A stretch of DNA of 63,873 nucleotides, filler included, from Conidiobolus incongruus B7586 (lineage: Eukaryota), in NCBI GenBank assembly GCA_000697335.1. It is 24 parts of 24 records of this genome, joined end to end, with 100 filler letters (N's around TTAATTAATTAA, not from the genome) between each part and the next. Parts side by side here need not be neighbours in the genome. Positions count along the whole stretch, not along the records: positions 6,808 to 20,004 come from JNEM01005608.1; positions 20,105 to 21,179 come from JNEM01005611.1; positions 21,280 to 22,774 come from JNEM01005613.1; positions 22,875 to 26,310 come from JNEM01005615.1; positions 26,411 to 28,619 come from JNEM01005618.1; 19 more parts are not named here. One strand, written 5' to 3'. A program made the position numbers and the translations under genes. The number at the start of each line of letters is the position of its first letter. The first letter of the stretch is position 1. Below, in pieces: positions 12,541 through 27,800 of the stretch. The notes under the pieces are model-generated. The model saw nothing but the letters and a program-made list of their open reading frames with translations. It made no database searches and was not told the DNA's origin.

Positions 12541-15500
12541 AAATGATAAAAATAAAACATATTAATAACTTTTACAAGATGATCACTATACAATATACCG
12601 TAATAGTGCAAGTGCGCATTTCGATATTAAACAATAGATTAAAAATTATAATAGCTTTTCGGAAAAAGTATTAATATTCACTGCGATAGTTATTTTTAAA
12701 ATTTGAATTATTTTAGATCAAATTATTTTCAAATAAATCTAGATTTGAATATTGCCAATCATTAATTAAATTACAAAAATGACCGGATTTTTAAATCAAT
12801 GAGATATTCAATTTTACTAGTGAATGTAAAATGAGAATACTGTTATTTGTTACTCAATTTCAAATACAATGATTAATCAAAAGTGATGATTGATTTGAAA
12901 TTCTGTTATTTATTATTTATTTTAATATTAATATATTTTATACTGATAATGATGCGGAAATGGGTTATTCACTAATGCATCTAGAATACATTCCATAAAA
13001 TGGAATGAAATGCAATAGCATAATCTATTCTATTTAATTAAACTGATCTTCTAAATATGGAATTTCCAAAATTATTGACATAAATTTAAAGCAGTGAAAT
13101 TTTCAACCGGAAATTTTAGTAAATGCATTTCATAAAAATATTGTATTGGAAAAATATCTAAGATTTAACATTAGATTTTAAATTTATATTCGCTTTGTAA
13201 ATTTTATTCAAAATAAGAATATATAATGATTTTCATTTTTATCAATTTTAATATATTTTTATATATAAATTCAATTGAGCTAAATATGCAGCTCAAATAT
13301 ATACCACAAATTATGAGATTGGGTTAACCTTTATTGATTATAATAAATTAGATTTGAATTTATCTATAACCTGAATATTACTCATGTATAATGCTAATTC
13401 TTCAGTTTATTGTATTTAATTCGTTAAAATATAATAATATGTATTATGATGTTATTTAACTAACAAATATCAATCGATACTAAATGCTAATCACACAAAT
13501 TACTTTACATGCATTTATTTTCAACAATTTTGTATATAACGCGCATTTCAATCCGGTTTATGTCAAACTTTCTCTATAAACAAGATAATTTCAACTAAGT
13601 TACATTGGATCCTCTTAAATACTGGATTCATTTAAACATAAAAGAGCTCGCTGAAATATTTAAAAGTTAATTAATTTTAAGAAATTATGATTGTTGTTAA
13701 AATATTAATAACAAAATTGATATATGAAAGATAGAAATTTTAATTTAAAATAGAAAACCTTCCATTCATGGTGTATTTGTTATAATAAACAAACACAAAC
13801 TTTTAAGGTTAAACAAATATATGTGCATATATTCTTATTATATTTTTTCAACATTTCAAGTTATTTTATTGGATAAAAATCATCGGAATGAGTTTCTGAC
13901 AAAAATATTTGTATTGAAAATATTTAATTACTGAGTTTTAATTAACTTATTAATTGGTGTAATATGGATCAATTTTGATATTTGAAATTATATTCTTTAG
14001 ACATAAAATTAAAGAGAATACTATTTAAATATTTTAATTTATATTCTAAAGACAAAAAAGACCAATTTTAATTACTATTTACAAATTAATCCCATATTAA
14101 TTATTTCTTTTCAATTTTGAAAGGGTATAAAAATACTTAACATTTTGATCGTATAATTAAATAATATTTTATAGATCAAAATTTAAAAAGCATATTTGTA
14201 CTTAATATTTGAATTATTTTATTTTTTATGAAAATTTTTAATAAAATACTAAAAATCTATTGGATGTAAAAAATGGTACCAATGAAGAAGTTAAAATTAT
14301 ATTTACTTTGCATTTTTATCCAATGCTTAATGCCTATTTTTTGTCATTTTTCAATGCATTTCTGAAATTTTTATCCAAAGCCATTTCCTAATTAGGTTAC
14401 TGAGTCCCGTTCGCAGCTTTTGATGCAGTATGATTTAAGCATGGTCCAATATAAGTAATTAAATATTCAAAACCTTGTAGTAAACTCGGTATATTCAACA
14501 TTTACCACATACTAACTCTCTTTGGCCAAAAATAAATTATTTCAATAAAATATAGTTAAATATTAATCCTATTATAGATAGGTTTTTGATCTTAAATTAA
14601 ATATTTCACTTTTAAAGGTTTTGTTTCAATTTTAATTCTCCTTCAAACAAAATTATTTATATTTCAATTTAATATTAAATTTTTAAACAATGCACTTTAA
14701 TATTATTAAAAACTTAAATATTAATTCTTTCATCATTTTGATTCAACTTAAAATTATATTTATATTCAAATTAATTAAATACTTTTTTGTAATTAATTTA
14801 AATGACGTTTAAAAAACATTAAAGTCAATATATTAATATCATATATCATTGTATTTTGATTTGACATCATCACACTATCATTATATCAAAATTTTGCTAT
14901 TGATGACAAATAATAAAGTTAATCAATTCAAAGGAATCCAGAGAATGATATTTATACAGCTTTTACATTTTTATTACCCCTTTAGTAGTTAAAACAATAT
15001 TTATTTTAATAAAGTTTTAGTTCAATCAAAAATTCAATCTTGATTTTGAAATATATTCATTTGAATATTAGTATAAAATATATATTTTTTCAAATTATAT
15101 TATATAGTTTAGAACCATCATAATAGAAAATAAAAAATTTAATAACTTGGTCAATATTATCTTTGATACATGAAAATAGAAATTGATTAAAGCTTCAAAA
15201 TGCAGTTTTTTTACTCAAATTGATATATTAAAATGCTGGATTTTTAAAGTTTCAATTATATAATAATTATAATAATAAGCATTGTAGCATATACCTAAAA
15301 TAGAATAATTATTTTCTCAAACATATTCAAAGATCAATTTAATTGCTAATATAATTTAATAAATAAAATCATACGCTGTTTTGTCAAAATAATAATATAA
15401 AATATTTATAATGTAATTTAACAGAGGTAAACTATTGAGAAATAAAGAAAGTTATTATTTGATATTGGTTACCTAAGAATATTGTTATTATTTTAACTGA

Positions 15501-18500
15501 TATTCATTTTTTATATATCGTAAATTAAAAAAAATATGATTTATCAATTAACACCTACTACAGATTAATATCACTTTATTGTTTAATATAATATAAAAGT
15601 CAAAATAATTAAACTTTACAATGTAACTGATAATATATAAAGTTAATGCTCAAGGATTTGGCTAGAACAACACAATATATGCAATCACATAAAATATTAA
15701 TTTAATCTCTGTTTTAACCTACTAAATAATCTCAAAATAATAAAATTTCTGAGTGAAAATGTGAAACACTTTATTTAATTTAAGAAAATTAATATAAATT
15801 TTTCAGTAATTTAATAAACCCTGAAGTTGTAATGAAATCATTATAAATTATATTTTGAAAATATCTTTGAATTTGGATCAATCAAATTTCTAGATTAATC
15901 GTTAAATATTTTCAAAACCAAATATATTTGAACTTTATTAAGATTAATGGAATAAATATAGTGAGTGCTTCATGGTTAAGCTTAAATAAGTATTAGCGAA
16001 AGAGTTTAAATATAATATCTTGATAGAATATTAAAATTTCAAATTTTTATTACGGAGATAAATCAACTGTCAAAATTGATACCAGACTTACAACTTTTAT
16101 TCTAGATCAATTTGTCACTCAAATACACTATTTTACAAATTAACCGAAAGTATACAAATGAATAGTTATTAATTTTTAAATTTCAAAAAATGATAATAGT
16201 AAAAATATATACTCAACTTAGCTAATTATTACAACTCATATCCATATTAAAATTTTTCATTATCAAAATGAATATTTCGGAAAATAATATAATTTATGAA
16301 AATACGGAATTGGGTTGGTCAATCTTACATCTAGAATTTATTCAAAAATGTGGTTTTTAATGCATAATTTGTCCTACACGCCATTCAAATTTTATTTTTC
16401 GATTCAAATTTCAATTAAAAAAATTGCATTATTTGATCCGGAGAATTGTTTAAAATAAATCCAGAATTTGATGAACACAAGAATAAATATTAACTATACA
16501 TGATATCATTTATTTTTAATTAATTTAACTGATTATATTGGATTTATTAAATTTATCCATATTCTAAAAACAATTCGCGGATTTTAACATCAAATTTTAT
16601 TGAAAATACATTCATTTTAATCAAAGTTACAAAAATTAATATTGAAATTAATTATATTTAGGATATCAAAAATTTATTCAAAAATCAAATACTTGTATAT
16701 TGAATAAACATTTTTCTTTAATTATTTAGTAAAAAGTATATTTTTCCCTTTTTTCTATTAATTCTTTCAAATATTTTTTTAATTGGTTCAAAATATTATA
16801 ATTATTATTTTTTAATCAAGTTGTTTCTTAAATAAAAATAGTACTAAATGCAATTGACAACAGTAAATATATATGCATTCCAATAACATAAACAAATATA
16901 GTATCTATTTGATACAAGATTGACATAAACTTTGCAAGTGATAATTCATGTGGGTGAATTTCTCATTATTTGTTCAAAGAAATGAATTTCAGTTTTATTA
17001 AATTTTTAAAATAAATATTTTTTTATTATTAAAACAGATCAAAAAATAAATTAGAATTTATTTTATAATATTGATCATTACAATCATTAAAAAAGACCAT
17101 ATTTGTTACTATAGTAGATTTTTCTACCAATAGAATAATGGTCTGAAATTATTAATTTCTCGCAATAGAGATATATTTTAATATTCTGTAAACACTTAAT
17201 TTCCTCTATTCAATCACATATTTTGAAAAAAATTAGTATATCATAATGTCCATTTTCCAGTATTATATTGGTTGAAAAAAATAATCAATATGTTTTCAAC
17301 AGTGTTACATTGAATCCTCTCAAATAAATATTAATTGATTTAACAGGATCTGAATCGTGGAGATTACATATATATTAAATAATATATTTTACAATGTGCT
17401 CATTATTTTGACTAGAATAAGTAATGATATAGCTTATTTCAATTTATAGTTTTAATCTATCATTCCAATTATATTATGCCAATCCAAGGGATAACTATAA
17501 ATATAAAAAACAATGCATATATGCTGAAATATTTAATTATTATATTTTCAGGCTTTATGATTGGTTCAAAATGATCGAATTTTATGATTTTAAAGTAATA
17601 TTTCGATTTAAATTAATGTGTAAACTGAGATTTAATATTTATAAAATGTTCATAACATAATTGGTAATAATTTCAATATTACTATATTTAGAAAATGGAT
17701 AATATTAATAATATCAAAGTTACGTATATACTATTAATACTAAATCTAAATATTTAATCTGTAAACATTGATATTTGAAATGTTATTTTTTTTTGTTAAT
17801 ACATATTAGACGATTTAAAATGATATGACAAAATCTAGTCATCGAAAATTTATATATAGATCAAGATCCTTTTAATCTAAAATTTTTTTATGATAAAAAT
17901 ATCACTTTTAAAATTGTTAACAAATGGCTCAATTAAATATTTTCAAACCTTATTATACTTCAAAGGCTGCATTCATGTTAAACTTAAAATTTTATATTAA
18001 TTTTTCTATGCTCAGTGCTTATTCAAATTTTCAATTTCATTCAATTTTTACCCAATTCCGTTTTCCAAATTAAGAGATCATTTGCATTTTCCAAATTGCT
18101 TATGATGTAATTTGAGATACATTTATCCAAAATCAGAGATTAGATGACTAAAACAATATTAGAAAAGGGTTATATGCAAAAGAATTTCTTAGTACATTAT
18201 CACTTTATTGTAGAAATATTTGATAAGAGCATAAACAAATTTACAATCAATAATTAGAAAACTTTTAATTAAAATAAAAATTATGACAGCGTTAACTATA
18301 AAACAATCTTTTATCTATCCATTGTTAAAATCCTGTATCATTGATATTTATCTCTATTTAGTAGATTATAGACAAAATCATATATCTAATAACTATTTTT
18401 TGAATACCAATTATTGTTTTAATTTCAAATATTTTAAATAGTTTGTTTTTTATTAAATATTAATTGATTGAATTAAAGATTAATATTAAATAACCCGTCG

Positions 18501-20104
18501 AAATAAACAATAATGCATCTATTGTATTACTATTCATGATCAATTTTAGTTAATATTGACATTGTTACATAGTTGCACATGATATGCCTTTAACATTGTT
18601 TAAATTGAACATAATCAAAACATTTTCATGAAATATCCATAAAAATTATTATTCTAGATATGTTATCCTTCCAAAGTTCATAAAGCCCGATTCAATAAAT
18701 TTGTATTATTATATAACAAAATATTATATTCTTAAATCATTATTTGGGTTTTAATGTACAAGTTCATATTTTCAACTTGATAATTAAATTATCAGTTAAT
18801 GCTCTTGGTATCTTGATTATTTGAAACTTAATAATATAAAATATTATTATTATTTGAATTTGATTTCGTTGAATAGTTTAAATTTTCAATAACTCAAATA
18901 AATCTTTTTAAATCAAATATATAAAATAAATAAAGTTTTTACCTTTGATAACCTTGTGTAATTTTTAATTTATTACTAAATATAATGATTTAATATTATT
19001 TCAAATTAATTTCATTCTTTGTATTATAGTATCAATGAAAATTTTTTGACTCTTTTATATTATTATTATTATTATTATATTTTTTAGTTATATTAACTGG
19101 AGTAAAGTATAGTTATATATATATCATATTTTGATTTGCATTAATAGTTGATATTACTCATTAAACAATTTTTATTATAGATAAATTTATATTATATTTA
19201 ATAAACATTAGATATTAAATGGTAAATTTTCAATCAATTATTCATTTTTGATATTATATCAATTATATATTTTTTGAGTTTAATTTATAAAATATTAATA
19301 TAAAATATAATAACATTATCATCAAAATAGTTAAAGTAGAGTAAATATAATATATATAATAGTTATATTTGATAATCCATTTTAATAATTTCTCTAATTA
19401 CTATCATATATATTCTATATTTATAATATCAATTAGGGACTAATTATTAATAAAATCACTAGTATAAATATACAATATTCTAAAGAATATATTTTAAAAT
19501 TAATTATTAACTTAATTATAATTCAAAATTTAATAAAGAACCTTATAATACAATAATTATCTCTTCTCAATATTAACGGTTAATTATTAATTTATAATTT
19601 ATTAAAACTTATCTAATGGATTATATTAATTAATATAGTACTTTATGTTTTTATAATAATAAAAACTTCCAATCGAATCAATACTATATTAAATATAATT
19701 ATTAATATCGAAACTTTAACTATTTATTATTACCGAATAGAGTATATATCAATATGGGTCGTTATTTTTTGCTTATTGTTAATTAAATTTTTAGATTTAA
19801 ATAGATGTTTTTTAAGTTTATTTTTAAAATCAAATATATATATATATATATATAATATTAATTTAGTTTGAGTAAAAATGCTTTAATAATAATTTATTCA
19901 ATATAGAATCAATTTAATAATATATACTAATTAATATCAATTTAATAGAAATTAACTCTCATTTAATGATAAAGCACTTTTTAAATTTTAAATATAAATT
20001 ATAANNNNNNNNNNNNNNNNNNNNNNNNNNNNNNNNNNNNNNNNNNNNTTAATTAATTAANNNNNNNNNNNNNNNNNNNNNNNNNNNNNNNNNNNNNNNN
20101 NNNN

Positions 20105-21179
20105 TAATTTTTAAAAAATTAATTATTTCATTTAATTATATTTAAACTAAATAATAACCATCAAAAGTTTTTTATTTTACTATTATTAAAATTTAACCAT
20201 AAACCTTTTAAAATCATTTAAAATTTACAAGTAACTTTTGGTAATAAAGTATTATCCAAATTAACAATTTATTACTAGGTAAATTATCTTAAGGTTAAAA
20301 AAGAAACTACCCAAAACCTATTAAAATCTAAAAAATTAATTTCAATTATCATTCTTTTAATTATTAATAAAATAAAAAAATATATTAAAAAGCATCTTTT
20401 TATTTCAATAAGAGAATTATTAAGATAATTTAATATTAGTCATATAAGTATTTTATATATATTAAATTTTAAATTATAATTAATATATATATAAAATAAA
20501 TATCATATAATTTAATTAAAGCTTAAAAAAACTAAAATAATTATTGATAATCAAAATTTACTAAGATATAGCTAAAAACTAATGTTTTTACAGCATATTA
20601 CTTTAATTGATAAATCTTGGGTTTTTTTGTATAATTATTTATTAAAGCATAAATCAAGGTGTTAGATTAAATTAAATCAACCACCTTTATATATTCCTTT
20701 AAATTAACACTTTGTTGATAAATAAATATTAATTATTATAATGGATTATAATGTTATATGCTATTTTTATTTAGTTTTTAAAGGAAATCAATTAATAAAC
20801 AATTATTTCTTTTTTTAATAAAACTATTTTAAATTAGTATTCTTAATATAATTTGAGAAAACCTATTATTTTATATAATATTTATAAAATATATAAATTT
20901 AAAGTTATAAAAAACTTTTTAATTAAAAATAACTGGAAAAAACTATCATATTTAGTATATTCCTTAGATTATAACTTATGTGATCATAATTTTTTTAAGT
21001 AATTAAAAAACTAATCTATAAGAAAAAAAATTTAATTAATTTGTAAAATATCAAATTTCTGTTTTTAATAAAAGAAATTATTTTTTAGGGATTAGATCTT
21101 TGATAAATTATAATAAAAAATTATTATAAATAAAAAAAATTATTAATATTATATTTTATAATTATTTCTATTTTTTATA
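20105..21179 (+). mobile_element. Mariner (DD34D) transposase pseudogene, bounded by gaps
   Basis: Collinear with 29600-30917; contains LIDKSW and YSLDYNLCD motifs. Confidence 0.85.
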
Positions 21180-24100
21180 NNNNNNNNNNNNNNNNNNNNN
21201 NNNNNNNNNNNNNNNNNNNNNNNTTAATTAATTAANNNNNNNNNNNNNNNNNNNNNNNNNNNNNNNNNNNNNNNNNNNNTAGGATTTTTGAAAAATAATT
21301 TAAAGTTACTTATATTTAATTTATTAATCTTTAAATTATTATTTTTTATTTTAATATACATAATTTTTATAAACCTATTTTTTTCAAATAAATTAATTTT
21401 TTAAACTATAAAAATATAAAAAAAGTATTTGGATTAATAATATGTTAAATTTAATATTAATAATTAATTTTTAAAAAAAAGTTTTTAAATAATCTATATT
21501 GAACAGTTATAAATTAATAATCTTTAAGTTTAATTTAATATTATTAAATTAAATTCTAGAATTAAAATGATATATTATTGCAATATGACTTTTTTTGATA
21601 AATTAAAATATTTGAACTAAATTCGCATATATATATAGTTATTTTATTAAATTATAGTTATTTCTTATATTTATTTAATTTTTTATTTATTACTATTATA
21701 TTTTACTTTTTTTTCTTTTTATTTTATATTTTTTCTGTATTTTAATTTTTTAATGATTTTATAATTAAATTTTAAACTATTTAAATTATATTAAAAATAA
21801 TAAATACAGCCTTTTGATTGTGTAACGTAATTTAAGGAAAATCTTTAAATTGATATAAAATTATAAAATATTCTTTTAAAATATTTTTATTTTAAATTCC
21901 TTAAAAGAATTAATTTAAATAAATATTATATTCGATCCAATGATCTTTCATATATAAAAGATTTAATTTTGTTTTATAATTTAAGATAGTAAAAATAATA
22001 AAAATTATCAAATATTTGAAATATTTATACTTTCTTAAATATTATTCTATTATATTGGATATATATTTTGAATATCGTTTGAATATAATTGGACCTACTA
22101 TTTACTTATTTGATTAATAATACTTAGATTTAGTTAAAATTATCAAAAATTTAATTGATTTTTATAATAACTTTTAATTGTAAATATATTATTTTAATAA
22201 ATTATTTTTATTTGAAATATTTTTTTAATTATAAGTCTTTTATATAAATTTTAAAAAAAGAGTAAATGTATATTTTAATAAAGTTTTTTAAATATTAAAG
22301 TTATTAGAAATATTGCCTCCAAGAGGATCTAAAGATATTGAGTTATATTAATTTAATTTATTTATAAATTATACTATAAAGATTAACCAAAGGTTTTTAT
22401 ATAAAATACAAATATTTTGACCTAAGATAAATAAAAATAATTTATAATAGTAACAGAAAGTAAGATAAGATATATAACTATATAAAGAATTAATTTTTGC
22501 AAAAAAATATCATTATTAATATTATTTTTGATTCTTAAAAATATATATATATTTTAACCATATATTTTTAATTTTTAATTATAAAGATTATAAGCATCAT
22601 TATAATAAATAGAATATTAATCTATTTTATTAATTTAAATATAATAGATAATTTACTTTAAGTAAAATAATTTGATTTAATTAAATATTTTTAATTTTAA
22701 TATTAAAAATATAAATAATTAAAATAATGGTCATATTTTGATTTATAAAGAATAATAATATAATCTAATAAAAANNNNNNNNNNNNNNNNNNNNNNNNNN
22801 NNNNNNNNNNNNNNNNNNTTAATTAATTAANNNNNNNNNNNNNNNNNNNNNNNNNNNNNNNNNNNNNNNNNNNNTAATTATATTTTATATATAAAAATTT
22901 AAATCATAAAATTGATTTTTAATATCAATTATATAATATTTAAATGATTAATATTAATAATTATATATTTTAAGTAAGGAATTAATAATGATTATTATTA
23001 GTTCTTTCTATTAATTAATATATTTTATTAGGGTTATTAAATTGATTTAATTATTATATTATTTTGTTATTTTGGTTCAAATTTTCTTATAGATATAATA
23101 ACTATTATTCTAATGTATTTAAATAAAACTCAATTTAATTATATTAAAAATATTATAATATAATAAAATATTTATTTATTATAATGGATATTATAAAATA
23201 TACTTTATCCAGATTAATTTGTTTAAAATATCTAATTTAAACTTCTTTGTTCTTGGGATTTTAATAATTTAAGATATATTATTTTCTTTATCCATAATAA
23301 AAAACTAATATACCAATTTTATTATTTTAATATATCTTATAAATATATCAATTCAAGAAATTGAAAAATACATTTTTGAAAACTTTTTTTATAATTTTGG
23401 TTTTGGTTTTGATTTTAATTTTTTGAGTATATTTAAATCGTAATATATTCCCTTTGTATTTTGATATATTTTGATTATTTTATTTTTTAATTTAAATATT
23501 AAAATTATAAAATTATTAATAATTTCTTTTGTTGAATCATAATTTTTGATAATTAGATTAAAAATTATAAGAATTGTCTAATTATATCTTATATATTTAA
23601 AGAGCTTGAATTTATAACAATAAAACTTTTTTCATAGGTAATAATAATTTTATTATATATTAATATCAATATTATTTCAGGATCTATAATATTATAAGAT
23701 AATTTTTTCAAGCTTTAATTAGTAATTGATAAATATTTTCAACAAAAGCAGATATTCTAAGAATAGTTCTTTGTTTATAATGAAAAACACTGCCATTTAT
23801 AATTCCATAGGTTTTGGATTGGTGAAAATTGATATTGGGATTAATATTGTTGGAAGTTATTCTTACAGATAAAAGCTGTCAAATTTGGTTATAAAGGGAT
23901 TATAAATAAAATATAAAACCAAGAGAAAGATCTGTCTTTATTGTTCTAAAATATATATATATATATATATTATAGAAAATGCAACTAAAATACTAGCTAC
24001 ATCTATTAAAACATTATTTATTAACAAGAATATGTTTTATTTTATAACTTATATATACAATAATTTATATTAGCATTTATTTAATTATAATTTATTTGAA

Positions 24101-24478
24101 TAATTGAGTGTTTGGGTTTAATGAATTTTTTAGTATAATTATTACAAATTTTGAATAGTCAAAATTATCATATTTGACTTGGGATCACAATAATGTATGT
24201 AATGTTATACTGTTCAAATCTAAATATTTTTATAAAATAATATAATATTTTTGTAGCAAATGATAGTTTATTTGGGGTTTGATTAAATAATGATAGACAT
24301 GCTCAAATCTAATTGAAAATCTGGAAATAGCATTGAAATCCATTAATTATAATGATTATATATTTCTTGTTTTTGTCACACAAATCATAAAATTGGAATT
24401 AATATAAATATATTAATATATAAATAAAATAGTAACTTGTTGCATATATAGTATTTATTTAATATTAATAATACATGA

Positions 24479-24775
24479 TTAAGAGTTTGCAGCTTTTTTA
24501 GCGTCTCCTTTGAGTTGTTGGGCTTTACCCTCAGCCTGCTGGGAGGTGTTTCCAGTAAGGGATCCAATAGTATCCTTGACGGCACCAGCTACAGAGTCAT
24601 AGGCACCCTCGACCCATCCCTTAGTTTCGGCTGCTTTTTGTTCGGCATGTCCTTCCTTGTTCTGGACATTTCCTTTAGCTTCCATTTCATGATTACCGAT
24701 GGCGTGACCTATGGTTTCCTTGACAGAACCCATAGCTTGGTTGTACTTAGCGTTAGTTTTATCTGGCTCAGACAT
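24479..24775 (-). CDS. CsbD-like / Hmp1-like small hydrophilic stress-response protein, 98 aa
   Basis: MSEPDKTNAKYNQAMGSVKETIGHAIGNHEMEAKG...GAVKDTIGSLTGNTSQQAEGKAQQLKG has two CsbD-like G.VK..IG...GN....A.G repeats. The ATG at 24775 is preferred over 24850 because the upstream extension is non-coding-like and contains the TATA box. Confidence 0.85.
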   Translation of the reverse strand: MSEPDKTNAKYNQAMGSVKETIGHAIGNHEMEAKGNVQNKEGHAEQKAAETKGWVEGAYDSVAGAVKDTIGSLTGNTSQQAEGKAQQLKGDAKKAANS

Positions 24776-24836
24776 GATTTTAACTTGATAATATACAATT
24801 AAGAGTTTATGTTCATTAAAGTCGATGGTTTCGTCC

Positions 24837-24844
24837 TTTATATA
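24837..24844 (-). promoter_or_regulatory. TATA box (TATATAAA) of the CsbD-like gene
   Basis: The + strand tttatata reads TATATAAA on the - strand, 62-69 nt upstream of the ATG. Confidence 0.55.
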
Positions 24845-27800
24845 CATCATTACTAATCACATTAAAATCCTTTTCATTATACTGATGTTTTGAAATTGGT
24901 TATTACCTCATCAAACGTAATTCTAAACAAAAAATTTATTTCTATTAACCTCACCAATCAAAGTTCAACTTTCTGAAATTCAATTGATGATGTAATTGTT
25001 CGGTCATAAATTTTTTGGAAAGTTTAATCTTTTCAAAACATATAATTGATTATAATTATTATAATTTATACAATATATCAAAATTAAATTGTCATCAATG
25101 TTATAATTTTTATAGATAATATTTGTACGGCATTCTATAATGGATTCTGTATTATGATTGTAATTGTCAATATGTTATATTTGTATTAAAGTTTATTTCT
25201 AATTTTAGTTTAGCACAATTCTGCAATTTTATTTGATATAATTGAATATTTGATAATTTAAAAATACCATGTGAATTTTAGTTTTAAAATTCCTGTTTTG
25301 GTTATTATAAACAGGATAATATATGTAATTATTGATATTATAAATTTTTTATTCTATTTAAATATAAATTAAACATCGTCACTATTGTTGAATTACTTTA
25401 CAAATTCTTCGAAAAATAGAATCTTGTAAATAATAAATATATAAGATATAAAGAGTTTATTAGGTTAAAATATAAGAAATGATATATAAAACAAATTTAT
25501 TAGTTTGATAGTCATATTTGTTTCTTTTTAATGTAATTTAATACCTTGATAATTAAAATTTATAGTCTAAATTTAATTTTATTGGATAATTTTACACGAA
25601 GTAATTTAAATATGTCAAAAAATGTTTTCAATGAATTGAAAATAAATATTATAAATAATTCAACATTATAATTTGATCATAATTATTTTTAATATAATCA
25701 ATATATCTTTTATTTTAATTTCATCATTTTCAAATAAATAATATTATTTAATATTTATTTTAATTAAAGTATTCAAATAAAAATTATTAATAATTTTTTC
25801 AATAAATTATAAAAATATCTAGAATTTTATTTTAAACTTGAGATAAATACTAATTCAATATTTTTATTTTTTAATAAATGATTTTTAATATTATTTAAAT
25901 ATTATTTATAATTTAAGATTATATTATTATTTAATTTTATTAAATTTATTTCTGATTTAATATTAATTAAAATTAATTTATTATTATTCCTAATTTATAA
26001 TAAAAAAAATATATAAATAACTATAAAACTAAAACAAAACCAATATACAAGTAAAAAAAATATTACCTAAACTTATAAAAATAAAAATATAAAAAATTAA
26101 CTAAATTATTATTATAATATTATATATTATATGTAACTTTTTTAAATTTTATACAATTAAATATAATAATATTATAAAGTATATATTTAAATTATAATAT
26201 ATTTTTAATTATATAATAATTAAATATTATTATCTGTTTAATTAAGAATCCTAATCCTAATATGGATATTACTATTAATTTTTATTAAATTAATTGTTAA
26301 ATTATGAATANNNNNNNNNNNNNNNNNNNNNNNNNNNNNNNNNNNNNNNNNNNNTTAATTAATTAANNNNNNNNNNNNNNNNNNNNNNNNNNNNNNNNNN
26401 NNNNNNNNNNAGTTATATTATAATAGAAAAAACATACATAATTTTTAATATATAATTATTATATCATCTTCAAATAAATTTTTATATTTTAAGTTTAAAT
26501 AACTTAAATTATATTATAACTATAATATTTTAAAAGTATTTAAATTATTCAATAAGTTAAATAAATATTTTAAATAAAAAAATATATTTTTACAGATAAT
26601 AATAAATAATATAATTATTTTATACTTAACTTATTATTATTGCAAATAAATACCTTTATTTAATTTTTGTTTTTTATAAATTATATTAATAATAAGTTTA
26701 TAGTTATTTTATTTTAAAAAAATTAAATTAAAGCTATCTTTTTCTTTATAACAAAAAATAAAGGAATTCATAATTATATATAATTAAGAATAATATAAAA
26801 TATAAAGAGCTTTTAATATTTAAAAAATTATCTTTTTTTATATAAGGTTATTGCTTTATTATATATAAAATATAAAAGCTTATTAATTTATTGTTATATT
26901 TATATATATAGTTATTTTCTTTTATAATTTTATTTCTTTTAATAAATAAAACTATAATTTAAAAAAAGGAGTTAAAAGAGAGATTAATTAAAATAGTAAT
27001 ATCAGCAATAATAAATAAAATATAATCAATATATATAATGATTTTATTAAATTAAATAAATCACAAATAATAATATTATTATAAATTAATATTTAGTTAA
27101 TTATTTTAAATATATTTTTTTGATTATATTTTGTTTTATAATTAATATTATATAAACTAACCACTTTTTTTAAAATTCCTTTATATTAATTATAAGAGTT
27201 TTTTTATGAAAAATTGTTGTTATTTTAATATTTGTAAATAATATTCTTCTTGTAATTATTATAGCTTAATCTATTATTTTGAGATTTCATTTTTATTTTT
27301 GTATTTTTTCTTTGATAACCTTAAGAAAATGGGAAAATTAGGTATTTTTTCTTTTTTTTCATTGTCTTATGTTTTTAAAGCTTTTAATTGAGGAAAACAA
27401 CAAAAAGTAAAAGTTTTTACTATTTTATTCTTTATAGTTTAGGTAATCTAGTTCCTTATAATAAACTAATTATATGATAAAAAAGCTATAAAAACTATAT
27501 TAACAACTTTAAAAATTAAATCATTTTATGTTATAAAAATATTAACTATTATAAACAAAAGGTTATTTCTACCATATTATTTATTTATAAAAACTTATTC
27601 AACAGTTTTAAATTTAAGAATAAGAGTTCTTATATGATTAAATATTTTTCAATTTTTTTTCTTAATTTTATATAATCTATTTCTTTTAAAATTAGAATAA
27701 ACTTATATATTTGAAAAAAAATATTTAACTTATTAAAGCACCAGGATTTATAGTTTTCCTCTTATCTTAACTAACTAAATATAGTTTTTATCAAATATAG

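Noticed and set aside
12240..12660. Possible gene around the 9-bp tandem repeat
   Set aside because: No sustained open frame or convincing splice structure.
7863..24775. Msn2-like TF plus CsbD-like gene as a functional stress gene cluster
   Set aside because: They are 15 kb and three assembly gaps apart, and I see no AGGGG/CCCCT in the CsbD-like proximal promoter; proximity alone is insufficient.
24385..24802. ORFs 24385-24585(-) and 24515-24802(+)
   Set aside because: Alternative-frame or antisense overlaps of the CsbD-like gene.
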